Counted from the stretch's first letter, positions 21,411 through 30,857 are shown. The stretch is DNA of 64,000 nt from Nitrospirota bacterium (GCA_963751455.1 CAVVUN010000002.1:96001-160000), one strand, 5' to 3'. Numbers and translations: made by a program. Notes: a model not told the origin generated them from the sequence alone.

Positions 21411-21695
21411 ATGAAGAAACACATGATCACACTCTATGTTAACGACCCTATGGGGAAACGCTGATTATCCAATACGGAAGCCGCCGGTCGGGCGGAAACG
21501 GAATTCGGCGCACAAATCGTAGTGATCAAGAAGACATCGAATGAGTACAGCCAAGAGAAAGACCCGCCTCCGTGCCCGTCAGTAATGGTGAACGGCAGGT
21601 TCATCGCCAGGAACGACACTATCAAGTATCAGGCGCTCAAGACGGCGCTCCTGAGCGACAGCGACATAGAGGAGACGGCGTCATTATCGCCGTAA
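21411..21695 (+). CDS. Small thioredoxin-like selenoprotein, NDPMGKRU motif (UGA at 21462-21464); absent from the ORF track
   Basis: 94 aa through the UGA; PCPSVMVNG cis-Pro-like motif; SECIS-like CCGCC-GGTCG-GGCGG at 21481-21495; paralog at 32645. Confidence 0.85.
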
Positions 21696-21776
21696 CCGGT
21701 CTAAAGATGTGGTCCCAAATCGTAAGTCAGTAGCATGTATTAATTGCAGTTAAGGAAGTCACGAAAGGAGGCTGAA

Positions 21777-22133
21777 ATGTCGAAAACCGTTACTCTGTAT
21801 TTATCAACATCGCCGTATTCCTACGAGAACACCTTAACAAGTGCCCGCATTGCTGAATCGGCCTTGAACAAGGGCCATACCGTCAATCTCATTGCGTCGG
21901 CTGACGGTATCTATTGTTTCCTGACAAAACAGAAGGCGAAGGGCATACTGAATGCCGAGGAGGAATTTTCCCGGCTTATTCAAAAGGGGCTGAAGGTGTA
22001 CCTTTGAGGCGGGTGTCTCAACTTTCGCCGTGCGGCGAAAGACGATTACCTTGCAGGTTCTGAGGTCGGCTCCCTCAAGGGTTTGTTTGCAACCATGGGC
22101 GAGAGCGACGTCTGGATCAACGTCGGAGCATGA
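21777..22133 (+). CDS. DsrE/TusD-family sulfur relay protein with Sec (UxxC; UGA at 22005-22007)
   Basis: AAGGAGG RBS; SPY..ADGIY..VYL-U-GGCLNFR; readthrough gives the normal 118 aa length; hairpin TTTCGCC-GTGC-GGCGAAA at 22023-22040. Confidence 0.87.
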
Positions 22134-22175
22134 TTCAAAATGCGGATTGCGGAATTAAAACACAAGGAGGATGAG

Positions 22176-22529
22176 ATGGCTGCCATAGCAATGATTCTGA
22201 AGCGGTCGCCTTATGGCGACATCAACGCGGCCGAGGCCGTGCGGCACGCTCTCGGAGCCGTGTCAGGCGAATTGAGCGTGGACCTGATCCTGATGGACGG
22301 CGGAGTACTGCTTGCGAAGAAAGGACAGGACGACACCGGAACCGGCTTCACCAATCTCGAAGGCGCTCTCAAGGACTGCATCGACATGGGTGTAAGTGTG
22401 TATGCGGATGACTACTCCTTGAAGACCCAACGCGTAGGGCTGAGCGATGTGGTAGAGGGCGTAAAACCAGTCAGCGCCAAAAATATTGCGCAACTGGTGA
22501 ATGAGGCAAAATCGACGATGATATTTTGA
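22176..22529 (+). CDS. DsrF/TusC-like protein
   Basis: RSPYG..AEAVRHA..MDGGV..VYADDYSL pattern; AAGGAGG RBS; second gene of the trio. Confidence 0.8.
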   Translation: MAAIAMILKRSPYGDINAAEAVRHALGAVSGELSVDLILMDGGVLLAKKGQDDTGTGFTNLEGALKDCIDMGVSVYADDYSLKTQRVGLSDVVEGVKPVSAKNIAQLVNEAKSTMIF

Positions 22530-22541
22530 GAGGAGGCTGCT

Positions 22542-22823
22542 ATGCTCGTGATGATTAAAAGTGCACCCGACACGACGGATGGGGCGCTCGGCTTGACCCT
22601 TGCGAAGGAAGGCAGTGCTGATCTTGTCCTGCTGCAGAACGGAGTCTACTTTGCGCAAAAGGAACGACTCGGCGCTTTTTCCGGTGCGGTGTACGTCCTG
22701 GGTGACGACAAGAGGCTCCGAGGTCTCAAGGATTCAGAAATGGATGATCGCGCGAAGACCATTGACTACGACAAGCTGACGGACATTATTACCGGAGGAG
22801 AAAAGGTTGTGGGAATGTTTTAA
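22542..22823 (+). CDS. DsrH/TusB-like protein
   Basis: LLQNGVY..VYVLGDD..RGL..IDYDKL; 93 aa. Confidence 0.82.
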   Translation: MLVMIKSAPDTTDGALGLTLAKEGSADLVLLQNGVYFAQKERLGAFSGAVYVLGDDKRLRGLKDSEMDDRAKTIDYDKLTDIITGGEKVVGMF

Positions 22824-22900
22824 AACAGTTAAGGCTAAGGTTAAGTTAAAAAACTCAACCTCAGTCTCGGCCTAAAACCGTTACACAAGGGGAGGATACT

Positions 22901-24091
22901 ATGGCAAGGATCGTTGTTTTAGGGGGATCGTTCGGGGGATTGACAGCGGCCTTTGAGCTGAAGCGGCTGCTCGGGAAGAAAGCGGATGTAACCGTAGTGA
23001 GCGACGATGACCGGTTCGTGTTCCTGCCGTCGCTGCCGTGGCTTATTATGGGGTGGAGAAGGCCGAAGGACATCACGCTCAAGGTCGGCGATATTTTGAA
23101 ACCGAAGGGGATCGCTTTCGTCCATGAAGCCGCGAAGCAGGTTGACGCCGACGCATCGAAGGTAATCACTTCTCAAGGCAAGGAGCTGCCTTACGATTTT
23201 CTCGTCATATCGACAGGTCCGCATCTCTCCTTCGATGAAATTCCGGGACTGGGCCCGGACAAAGGGCATACGGACTGTACCTTTACACTCGACCATGCGG
23301 TAAAGACGGGTGAAACATGGAAAAAAATTCTTGAGAACCCTGGTCCGATCGTCGTCGGATCATCGCAGATGGTGAGCTGCTTCGGCCCATCCTATGAACT
23401 TGCCTTTGAAATGGATGCCGAGCTTCGGCGTCGCAAGATGCGCCACAAGGTCCCCATCATCTATCTCACGTCGGAGCCTTACCTCGGCCATATGGGCGTC
23501 GGCGGTCTCGGCAAATCAAAAACGTTCATGGAAAACGAGTTTGCCGAACGTGATATCAAGCCGTTTATTAACCAGGCAATTCAGGAAGTGGCGCCCGGAG
23601 AGATACGGCTCAAGGACGGAAACAAAATTCCCTTCAAGCTCGCGATGATTGCCCCGCCGTTCAAGGGCGTGCCCGCCGTCATGCCGCTCGGAAATCCGCG
23701 CGGGTTCATCCCGGTTGATAAAAACTACCGTCACATGAAACACAAGAATATTTTTGCCATAGGCGTTGCAATGGCCATTGCACCGCCGGAAGCTACTCCG
23801 GTGCCGACCGGCGTGCCGAAGACCGGATTCATGACCGTAAAGATGGCAAAGATCGCTGCGGCGACTGTCGCCTCGGATATTACCGGCAAGCCAGCGCCTT
23901 TGGCTGATGAACTCGGCGTGGTCTGTCTCATGGACATGGGAAACACAGCCGCGTTCATGAAAGCGTATCCAGTACTGCCTCCCCGGCAGAGTTCGTATAT
24001 GAAAAAGACGATCTGGGCAAAATGGATGAAGGTCAGGTTCGAGAAATATTTCCTGTGGAAAATGAAGAGGGGGCTTACGAATCTGCCATGA
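22901..24091 (+). CDS. sqr: Sulfide:quinone oxidoreductase-family flavoprotein
   Basis: GGSFGG Rossmann motif; SCFGPSYE, VPKTG and VCLMDMG carry the two catalytic Cys; amphipathic C-terminal FEKYFLWK. Confidence 0.8.
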   Translation: MARIVVLGGSFGGLTAAFELKRLLGKKADVTVVSDDDRFVFLPSLPWLIMGWRRPKDITLKVGDILKPKGIAFVHEAAKQVDADASKVITSQGKELPYDFLVISTGPHLSFDEIPGLGPDKGHTDCTFTLDHAVKTGETWKKILENPGPIVVGSSQMVSCFGPSYELAFEMDAELRRRKMRHKVPIIYLTSEPYLGHMGVGGLGKSKTFMENEFAERDIKPFINQAIQEVAPGEIRLKDGNKIPFKLAMIAPPFKGVPAVMPLGNPRGFIPVDKNYRHMKHKNIFAIGVAMAIAPPEATPVPTGVPKTGFMTVKMAKIAAATVASDITGKPAPLADELGVVCLMDMGNTAAFMKAYPVLPPRQSSYMKKTIWAKWMKVRFEKYFLWKMKRGLTNLP

Positions 24092-24492
24092 AAAAAGAGC
24101 TATTGAAGCTGCATGCTGATTTTTGCAAGATATTTTCAAATGCCATGCGGCTTGAAATACTCTGCCTGCTAAAGACAGGAGAGCTGACAGTCGGCGAGAT
24201 CACCGGGAAGCTTGAAATTTCAAAGGCGAATACGTCCCAGCATCTGGCCCTCATGCGCATGACGCGTATTCTGACAACGAGAAGAAAAGGCAATAATGTT
24301 TATTATGGAATCGCCAATAAAAAAATCTGCCGGGCATGCAGCCTGATGCAGGAAGGCCTGGAACAGCTTTATGGAGATGATACGACCCCACCCCGCAACT
24401 CCCCCCTTGCCAAGGGGGGATTAAGGGAGGTGTTAAAGGAGGGACAATATGACGAAGATAGTAAAAAATGTATCGATCATGTGCTTCCATGA
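24088..24492 (+). CDS. ArsR-family repressor (BigR/SqrR-like Cys in RLEILC); tail extended by a palindromic repeat
   Basis: HTH ANTSQHLALMR; Cys in helix 2 and ICRAC; ATGA overlap with sqr. Confidence 0.8.
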   Translation: MKKELLKLHADFCKIFSNAMRLEILCLLKTGELTVGEITGKLEISKANTSQHLALMRMTRILTTRRKGNNVYYGIANKKICRACSLMQEGLEQLYGDDTTPPRNSPLAKGGLREVLKEGQYDEDSKKCIDHVLP

Positions 24493-24871
24493 CGAGCTCT
24501 GCCAGGTTTACAATGCGCTCATGACTGCATTGAGCATCCTCAGGGAAGGCTCAAAAGTCACGATGTTTTTCGGATCTCGCGGAATCAACGCGGTCCACAA
24601 GGATAAGGTGAAGGACCTCAAGTGTCTGCCGGACCAGCCCAAGGAAGAAGGCGATGCAGTGATGAAAAAAATGGAGGAAATGGAACTGCCGACAGTCGAG
24701 GACCTCTTCTTCATGCTAATCGCAGAAGGGGGGGCGGTCCTCGCCTGCCCGCTGAACGTCTCCCTGTTCAATATTACTGCGGGGCAGTTGATCGACGGCG
24801 TCAAGGTGGCGGATCCTGCGAAGTACTATAAAGAAATCATGATTCCTGCGGATATGAACCTGACTTTTTAG
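24449..24871 (+). CDS. DsrE2/DsrE-like sulfur transferase
   Basis: VTMFFGSRG..ELPTVEDL..VLACP pattern; AGGAGG RBS. Confidence 0.72.
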   Translation: MTKIVKNVSIMCFHDELCQVYNALMTALSILREGSKVTMFFGSRGINAVHKDKVKDLKCLPDQPKEEGDAVMKKMEEMELPTVEDLFFMLIAEGGAVLACPLNVSLFNITAGQLIDGVKVADPAKYYKEIMIPADMNLTF

Positions 24872-24970
24872 ATGGGCTCTTGCAAAAGTCCACGCGACCC
24901 GGACCTTACTCTTCTGCGGTATGATAAAAAGTGACTTTTGCAAGAGACGCAATATTTTTTTCACCGATAC

Positions 24971-24989
24971 ATGCAAGTATTATTATATT
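24971..24989. promoter_or_regulatory. Second copy (inverted) of the candidate ArsR operator, upstream of the MMPL gene
   Basis: ATGCAAGTATTATTATATT; 17/19 identity to the reverse complement of 20721-20739. Confidence 0.55.
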
Positions 24990-25011
24990 TCTATGTATAG
25001 AGGGGGAGTAC

Positions 25012-28000
25012 ATGCGTAAATTTTCTTTAGTCGAATTTTCAGTCGACCATCCCAAGCTCATTGTCGTCCTGTCGATCATTCTTACCGTCGTCTTCATGAC
25101 CCAGTTCCCAAAAGTGAGGACGGACACGAACCCCAAGAACATGCTGCCGCCTACGTCTGCCGTCCGGGTCGGGAACGATGAAATCGAAAAGACCTTCGGC
25201 CTGTATGAGGACATGATCGTCCTCGGAATCCAGAACGAAAAGGGCATCCTGAATACGGACACCCTCGGCAAAATTCAGCGGATCACCGATGAGACCCTGA
25301 AGATCAAAGGCGTTGCGGCCCGGGACGTATCGAGCTTCACGACCATTGATAACGTCACAGTTGAGGGTGAGACGTTAATGGTGAGCCCGCTCATGACCGC
25401 GGTGCCGAAGACGGATAAAGAGCTGTCCGTCATGAGGAAGGCCCTCTTCGAGAATCCGCTCTTCATCGACCGCATCATATCGAAAGACGGCAAAACCACG
25501 GCTATCTATGTCCCTCTCGAAAAGGGCTCAAACGGAAAAGAGGTCGCGGACAAAATTCGGGAGCTCGTCAGGAAAGAGAAGGGCGACGAAAAATACTATG
25601 TTGCCGGCGATCCCGTGGCAAGGGACACCTTCGGAGCGGACATGTTCAAGCTCATGGCCGTATTCGCGCCCATAGCCGGGATGGTCATGCTGATCGTTAG
25701 ATTTCTCATGTTCAAGGACCTGTTCCTCTCAATCACGCTGATGATGGACGCCATGATCAGCATCGTATGGAGCATGGGACTCCTGATCGCTCTCGGATTT
25801 CCCATCCACATCATGAGCTCCATGGCCCCCGTGTTCCTGATGGCAATCGCAACGGACAGCATGCACATTTTTAACGAGTTCTACTTCCGGTTCCGTGAGA
25901 AGAAAGACAAGCGGGCTGCGATCATCGCCACCATGCAGGCGGTCAGCCGTCCGGTCCGGAATACCGCCCTTGCAACCGCAGCTGGTTTCGCCGTGCTATT
26001 GTTCATGAACATCATCCCGGTCAAGGTTTTCGGCGGACTTGTCGCGTTCGGGACGATAGCCCTTCGTGTCCTGAGCTTCAGCTTCATTCCCGCGATGTTC
26101 ATGTTCGTGAAGGAGGAAAAGATCGAGAAAATAGCGCGATCAGAGGACGCTGAAGCAGGCGGTTCGGTCTTCCTGAAGAAACTGGCCGGGCTCGGTATCC
26201 GCAAACCCCTGACAACCGTTCTTGTCGGGATCGTGCTGATCGTAGCCGCCATCATCGGCATTTCAAAAACGATCGTAAACAACAATATGGTGGAGTGGTT
26301 CAAAAAGGGCAGCGAAGTGCGAGTCGCCGACACGGTCATGAACAAGGCCCTGGGCGGGACATCTCTGGGCTATATCGTGGCTATCTCCGACAAGGACGAC
26401 TACATTAAAACGCCGGAAGCCATGCGATTTATCGAAGGACTTCAACGCCGCCTGGAGAAACTGCCGGTTGTCGGAAAGACTACTTCGGTTGTTGACTATG
26501 TCAAGAGGATCAACCGAGTGCTCCATAACGACAACCCCAAATTCGACGCAGTCCCCGGGACAAAGGAGATGATCGGCCAGTATCTGTTCCTTTTCTCCAT
26601 GTCGGCGAAGCCGTCCGATCTCGACAACGTCGCTGACTATCCCTTCCGCAAAGCCAATATCTGGGTGCAGCTAAAGACCTGGGATGCAAAGGCCATGGAA
26701 TCGGTAATCGCAGAAGTCAATGCATTCAAAAAGGAGAACCCGACCCCGATGGAATTCAAGCCTGCCGGGATTGCCTACTTCAACCTGGTCTGGAACCATG
26801 AAGTTCTTTGGGACATGGTAAAAGGCCTTGTTTTGGCACTCATTGTCGTATTTGCTATCCTTGCATACGATTTCCGGTCCATCAAATGGGCTGTTATCGG
26901 GTATATCCCGCTCCTGTTCACGATCCTGCTCATTTATGGGGTCATCGGTTATATCGGCAAGGATTTTGACATGCCCATCTCGGTCATGAGCTGCCTCTCC
27001 CTCGGCATGGCCGTGGATTTTGCCATCCACTTTGTGAGCAGGTTCAGGCAGCGACTGAAAGAAATTCAGGGAACGGGCGACGCGAAACAACATATAACAG
27101 ATGCCTTACTCTGGACTGCAGCTCGTCCGGGGAAGGGTATCATGCGGAACGCCATCCTGTTCGCCGCGGCTTTCGCGGTAATGCTCTTTGCTCCGCTGAC
27201 GCCGTATGTCACGGTAGGCGCCTTCATCGTGAGCATGATGATGCTGAGCGCTCTTATGACGATACTCTATTTGCCCGCCCTCATAACATTGCTGCGGGGC
27301 TGGCTCTTCCAGGGAGGTACTGACGTGAAACGTGTTGCTGCAACAGCAATTGTTCTGGCATTTGCGATATTTACATCGGCAGCGGCTGCCGCGGACAGCG
27401 GAACGGATATCATGAAAAAATCCCAGGCTGCTTTTCTTTATTCAGGCAAGGACTTCAAGGCCCGCATTCAGATGAAGCTGATCACTCAGAGCGGGCAGGA
27501 GCGGCTTCGGGAGCTGACGATGCTCAGAAAGAATTTCGGCGAGCCGGGCGGCGAGCAGAAGTACTTCATGTATTTCTTTCTGCCGGCGGATGTCAAGGAC
27601 ATGACCTTCATGGTCCACAAGCACCCCGGCAGGGACGCGGACCGCTGGCTGTTCGTGCCGGCGATCAGCATGGTCAGGCGGATCGCGGCCAGGGACAAGA
27701 GCTCAAGCTTCGTAGGCTCAGATTTTTCCTATGAAGACGTTTCAGGGAGAAATATTGACGACGATACGCACGTCCTGGTGAAGGAAGAAAAGCTCGACAC
27801 CAAAGATTGTTATGTGGTCAAGAGCACGCCCAAAGCTGCAGATGTGGATTACTCGTACAAAATGTCCTGGATCGACAAAGGCACTCATCTGCCGCTCAAG
27901 GAAGAGTACTATGACAGAAAGGGCGATCTTTACAAAGTCTTTACAGCGAATGAGATCAAAACGATAAAGGGATTTCCTACTATTACGAAGCGTACTATGA

Positions 28001-28125
28001 AGAATGCTTTGAGCGGACACCGCACGGATGTTACTTTCCTTAAGGCTGATTATGACCTGGGGATCGACGACAATCTTTTCTCTGAACGTTTTCTGAAACA
28101 GCCTCCCAAGAGGTGGATTGAATGA
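25012..28125 (+). CDS. MMPL/RND-family transporter in frame with a LolA-like outer-membrane lipoprotein-sorting domain (internal start at 27325)
   Basis: Two MMPL repeats (IATDSMH, GMAVDFAIH), then FVGSDFSYED and D.DRWLFVPA..VRRI LolA-like motifs. Confidence 0.8.
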   Translation: MRKFSLVEFSVDHPKLIVVLSIILTVVFMTQFPKVRTDTNPKNMLPPTSAVRVGNDEIEKTFGLYEDMIVLGIQNEKGILNTDTLGKIQRITDETLKIKGVAARDVSSFTTIDNVTVEGETLMVSPLMTAVPKTDKELSVMRKALFENPLFIDRIISKDGKTTAIYVPLEKGSNGKEVADKIRELVRKEKGDEKYYVAGDPVARDTFGADMFKLMAVFAPIAGMVMLIVRFLMFKDLFLSITLMMDAMISIVWSMGLLIALGFPIHIMSSMAPVFLMAIATDSMHIFNEFYFRFREKKDKRAAIIATMQAVSRPVRNTALATAAGFAVLLFMNIIPVKVFGGLVAFGTIALRVLSFSFIPAMFMFVKEEKIEKIARSEDAEAGGSVFLKKLAGLGIRKPLTTVLVGIVLIVAAIIGISKTIVNNNMVEWFKKGSEVRVADTVMNKALGGTSLGYIVAISDKDDYIKTPEAMRFIEGLQRRLEKLPVVGKTTSVVDYVKRINRVLHNDNPKFDAVPGTKEMIGQYLFLFSMSAKPSDLDNVADYPFRKANIWVQLKTWDAKAMESVIAEVNAFKKENPTPMEFKPAGIAYFNLVWNHEVLWDMVKGLVLALIVVFAILAYDFRSIKWAVIGYIPLLFTILLIYGVIGYIGKDFDMPISVMSCLSLGMAVDFAIHFVSRFRQRLKEIQGTGDAKQHITDALLWTAARPGKGIMRNAILFAAAFAVMLFAPLTPYVTVGAFIVSMMMLSALMTILYLPALITLLRGWLFQGGTDVKRVAATAIVLAFAIFTSAAAAADSGTDIMKKSQAAFLYSGKDFKARIQMKLITQSGQERLRELTMLRKNFGEPGGEQKYFMYFFLPADVKDMTFMVHKHPGRDADRWLFVPAISMVRRIAARDKSSSFVGSDFSYEDVSGRNIDDDTHVLVKEEKLDTKDCYVVKSTPKAADVDYSYKMSWIDKGTHLPLKEEYYDRKGDLYKVFTANEIKTIKGFPTITKRTMKNALSGHRTDVTFLKADYDLGIDDNLFSERFLKQPPKRWIE

Positions 28126-29414
28126 GGAAGTTCAAGACAGTAGGGCACAGATGTCAGATGACAGACTGGATCGGACTGTTTGTTTTTAGTCTGTGCTCTC
28201 TCTTCTGCGTCCTGATTTCTTCATCAGTGTTTGCAGCCGATTTTTCTTTTCACGGTTTCGCGCAGGGCAATTATTCGAGGGATACGGGTGCGGACAATCC
28301 TGACGGCAAGGAATTGAAATGGTCCGAGGAGCGGGTCCAGCTTAAGTTCGAAGCCTCGCAGGACCCGTTCCGGCTGTTTATCAAAGAAGACGTTTTTTAC
28401 GATCATCTCGATAGGGAAGCCCATGCCGAACTGCGCGAGGGTTATGCCGACTATGCCGCCGGGACGTGGGATGCTCGCGCCGGAAGGCAGATTATCACTT
28501 GGGGCCTTGGGGACCTCTTGTTCATCAACGATGTTTTTCCCAAGGACTACGAGGCGTTTTTTTCCGGCAGGCCGCTTGAATACCTCAAGAAGGGCGTTGA
28601 CGCAGTCAAAATCGGGGCCTATCCTGGCTTTGTATCTGCGGAATTTGTCCTGATTCCGATTTTCGAGCCCAACACGTTTCCTGATCCCAACCGCTTCTCA
28701 ATGTTCGATCCCTTGTCAGGCGTTACGAACAGGGCAGAGCAAAAACCGGCTTCGACCGCCGAAAACAGCGAAGTTGCGCTGCGGCTCTATCGCGACGTGA
28801 TGGGGCTCGACGGTTCCCTCTATTTCTATAAAGGATATTTCCGGCAGCCTTCAGTCCTGCCCGATAACCCAATGGCTCCGACAAAGCTCACGTTCTTTTA
28901 CCCGAAACTGAACGTCTATGGCGCAAGCCTGCAGGGAAGGGCCGTGGATGGCGTGGTGAGCCTGGAAGCCGGGTATTATGATTCAAGAGAGGACCAGTCC
29001 GGCAATAATCCCATGATCCCGAATTCCCAGACGCGGTATCTCCTGGGCTATCAAAGGCAGTTCTGGGAGGATTTCACGCTGGGCCTCCAGTACTACGGCG
29101 AGTACATGCAGGATTACGGAGAATACGGACAGAGCCTGCCTGCCGGGTTCCCTATGGACAAGCGCCTGCATCAGCTCGCAACGATCAGACTCATGCAATT
29201 TTTGAGGCACCAGACGTTGAGGCTTTCCTTCTTCGCGTTTTACGGGATTTCCGACAGGGATTACCTGATCAATCCCGAAATAAAATATAACTTCACGGAC
29301 TCTATCTGGTTTGCTCTCGGAGGCAATTTCTTCGGCGGGGAAAAACCCTGGACGCAGTTTGGACAACTGGCGAATAATGACAATGTCTATACTCAGGTAA
29401 GATATGAGTTCTAA
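28122..29414 (+). CDS. Outer-membrane beta-barrel protein (DUF1302-like partner of MMPL/LolA-like modules)
   Basis: Signal peptide; LREGYADY..RAGRQIITWG; C-terminal QVRYEF. Confidence 0.7.
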   Translation: MRKFKTVGHRCQMTDWIGLFVFSLCSLFCVLISSSVFAADFSFHGFAQGNYSRDTGADNPDGKELKWSEERVQLKFEASQDPFRLFIKEDVFYDHLDREAHAELREGYADYAAGTWDARAGRQIITWGLGDLLFINDVFPKDYEAFFSGRPLEYLKKGVDAVKIGAYPGFVSAEFVLIPIFEPNTFPDPNRFSMFDPLSGVTNRAEQKPASTAENSEVALRLYRDVMGLDGSLYFYKGYFRQPSVLPDNPMAPTKLTFFYPKLNVYGASLQGRAVDGVVSLEAGYYDSREDQSGNNPMIPNSQTRYLLGYQRQFWEDFTLGLQYYGEYMQDYGEYGQSLPAGFPMDKRLHQLATIRLMQFLRHQTLRLSFFAFYGISDRDYLINPEIKYNFTDSIWFALGGNFFGGEKPWTQFGQLANNDNVYTQVRYEF

Positions 29415-29456
29415 AAGTTCAGGATATTTCTCGGTACGGCTTATTTGGGAGCATTC

Positions 29457-30857
29457 ATGTCAGTAAAACTTACGATCATCGGCGCGGGGCCTGGCGGTTA
29501 TGTCGCCGCGATCCGCGCTGCGCAGAAAGGCGCGCACGTTACCGTTGTTGAAGACACGGAAGTGGGCGGAACCTGCCTGAACAGGGGATGCATCCCGACC
29601 AAGACGCTCATCGCCTCTGCTGAGGCGCTCAATCTGGTACGCCGGGCCGCTGACTACGGCGTCGATCTTCCAGGCGAAGCCGGATACAACCTCGCCAGGA
29701 TCCGGGAGCGAAAGGACAAGGTTGTCTCCCTGCAGGTGAAGGGCATTCGCGGGCTGTTCAAAAGCTGGGGAGTGACGGTCATCGAAGGCCGCGGCTCGCT
29801 CCTGTCTTCCGATACGGTAAGGGTCACCGGGAAAGACGGCGCGTCCGTGGACGTCAAGTCCGATAAGATAATCATTGCCACTGGTTCGAGCCCCGTAAAA
29901 TTTGCCGGTTTTCCTTTTGACGGAGAGAGCGTCATCACGAGCGACGAGGCAATCCAGCTCAAAAAAATCCCGAAGAGCCTGCTCATCGTCGGCGCAGGAG
30001 TCATCGGGTCCGAGTTCGCGTTCATCTACCGAAGCTTCGGAGCTGTGGTGTCGATCGTCGAAATGATGCCGCGCGCGCTTTCGACGGAAGACGAAGACAT
30101 GGCGGACATTATCGAGCGGGAATTCAAGAAGTCAGGAATCAAGCTTCAGACCAACGTGAAGATCGAGAACGTCGAGAAAGACCCGGAGGGCATGATCGTC
30201 GCAAAACTCTCGAACGGCCGCGAAATCCGTGCGGAGATGGTTCTTGTATCCATCGGCCGCGGCATGAACTCCGGGAACCTCGGTCTTGATGCCGTCGGAG
30301 TCGCGACGGGGAAGCGCGGGGAGATCATCGTGAATGACAGGATGGAAACTACGGCTCCGGGCGTCTACGCCGTCGGAGACGTTACCGGCAAGATCCTGCT
30401 TGCCCATGTCGCTTCGCAACAGGGACTTGTCGCCGTTGAGAACGCTCTCGGCAATGCAGAAACAATGGACTACACGGTTGTCCCGTCCGGCGTCTTCACC
30501 ATGCCCGAAATCGGCAGCGTCGGCTTACGGGAGCATGAGGCCCGAGAGAAAGGGATCAAGTACCATGTCGGCCGGTTCCCTTACCGTGCGCTCGGCAAGG
30601 CCCACGCCATGGGGGAGATCACCGGCATGGTTAAGGTGCTGTCCGATGCTGAATCGGACAAAGTCCTCGGGGTCCATATCTGCGGCGCTCACGCAACGGA
30701 CATGATCCATGAAGGCGCGCTTGCCATTCAAACGGGAACGACCGCTAAAAAGCTGGGGCAAATGATCCACGCCCATCCCACCCTTGCCGAGGCAGTCATG
30801 GAGGCGGCAGAGGACACGCATGGGTGCGCGATTCATATACCGAAGACGGCCAAGTGA
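29457..30857 (+). CDS. lpdA: Dihydrolipoyl dehydrogenase
   Basis: GAGPGGY, GGTCLNRGCIPTK and HAHPTLAE motifs. Confidence 0.92.
   Translation: MSVKLTIIGAGPGGYVAAIRAAQKGAHVTVVEDTEVGGTCLNRGCIPTKTLIASAEALNLVRRAADYGVDLPGEAGYNLARIRERKDKVVSLQVKGIRGLFKSWGVTVIEGRGSLLSSDTVRVTGKDGASVDVKSDKIIIATGSSPVKFAGFPFDGESVITSDEAIQLKKIPKSLLIVGAGVIGSEFAFIYRSFGAVVSIVEMMPRALSTEDEDMADIIEREFKKSGIKLQTNVKIENVEKDPEGMIVAKLSNGREIRAEMVLVSIGRGMNSGNLGLDAVGVATGKRGEIIVNDRMETTAPGVYAVGDVTGKILLAHVASQQGLVAVENALGNAETMDYTVVPSGVFTMPEIGSVGLREHEAREKGIKYHVGRFPYRALGKAHAMGEITGMVKVLSDAESDKVLGVHICGAHATDMIHEGALAIQTGTTAKKLGQMIHAHPTLAEAVMEAAEDTHGCAIHIPKTAK

Noticed and set aside
21777-22823. Canonical reverse-Dsr or tRNA 2-thiolation (tusBCDE-mnmA) operon
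   Set aside because: No dsrAB, dsrC/tusE or mnmA in the window; the neighbours are SQR, ArsR and selenoproteins.
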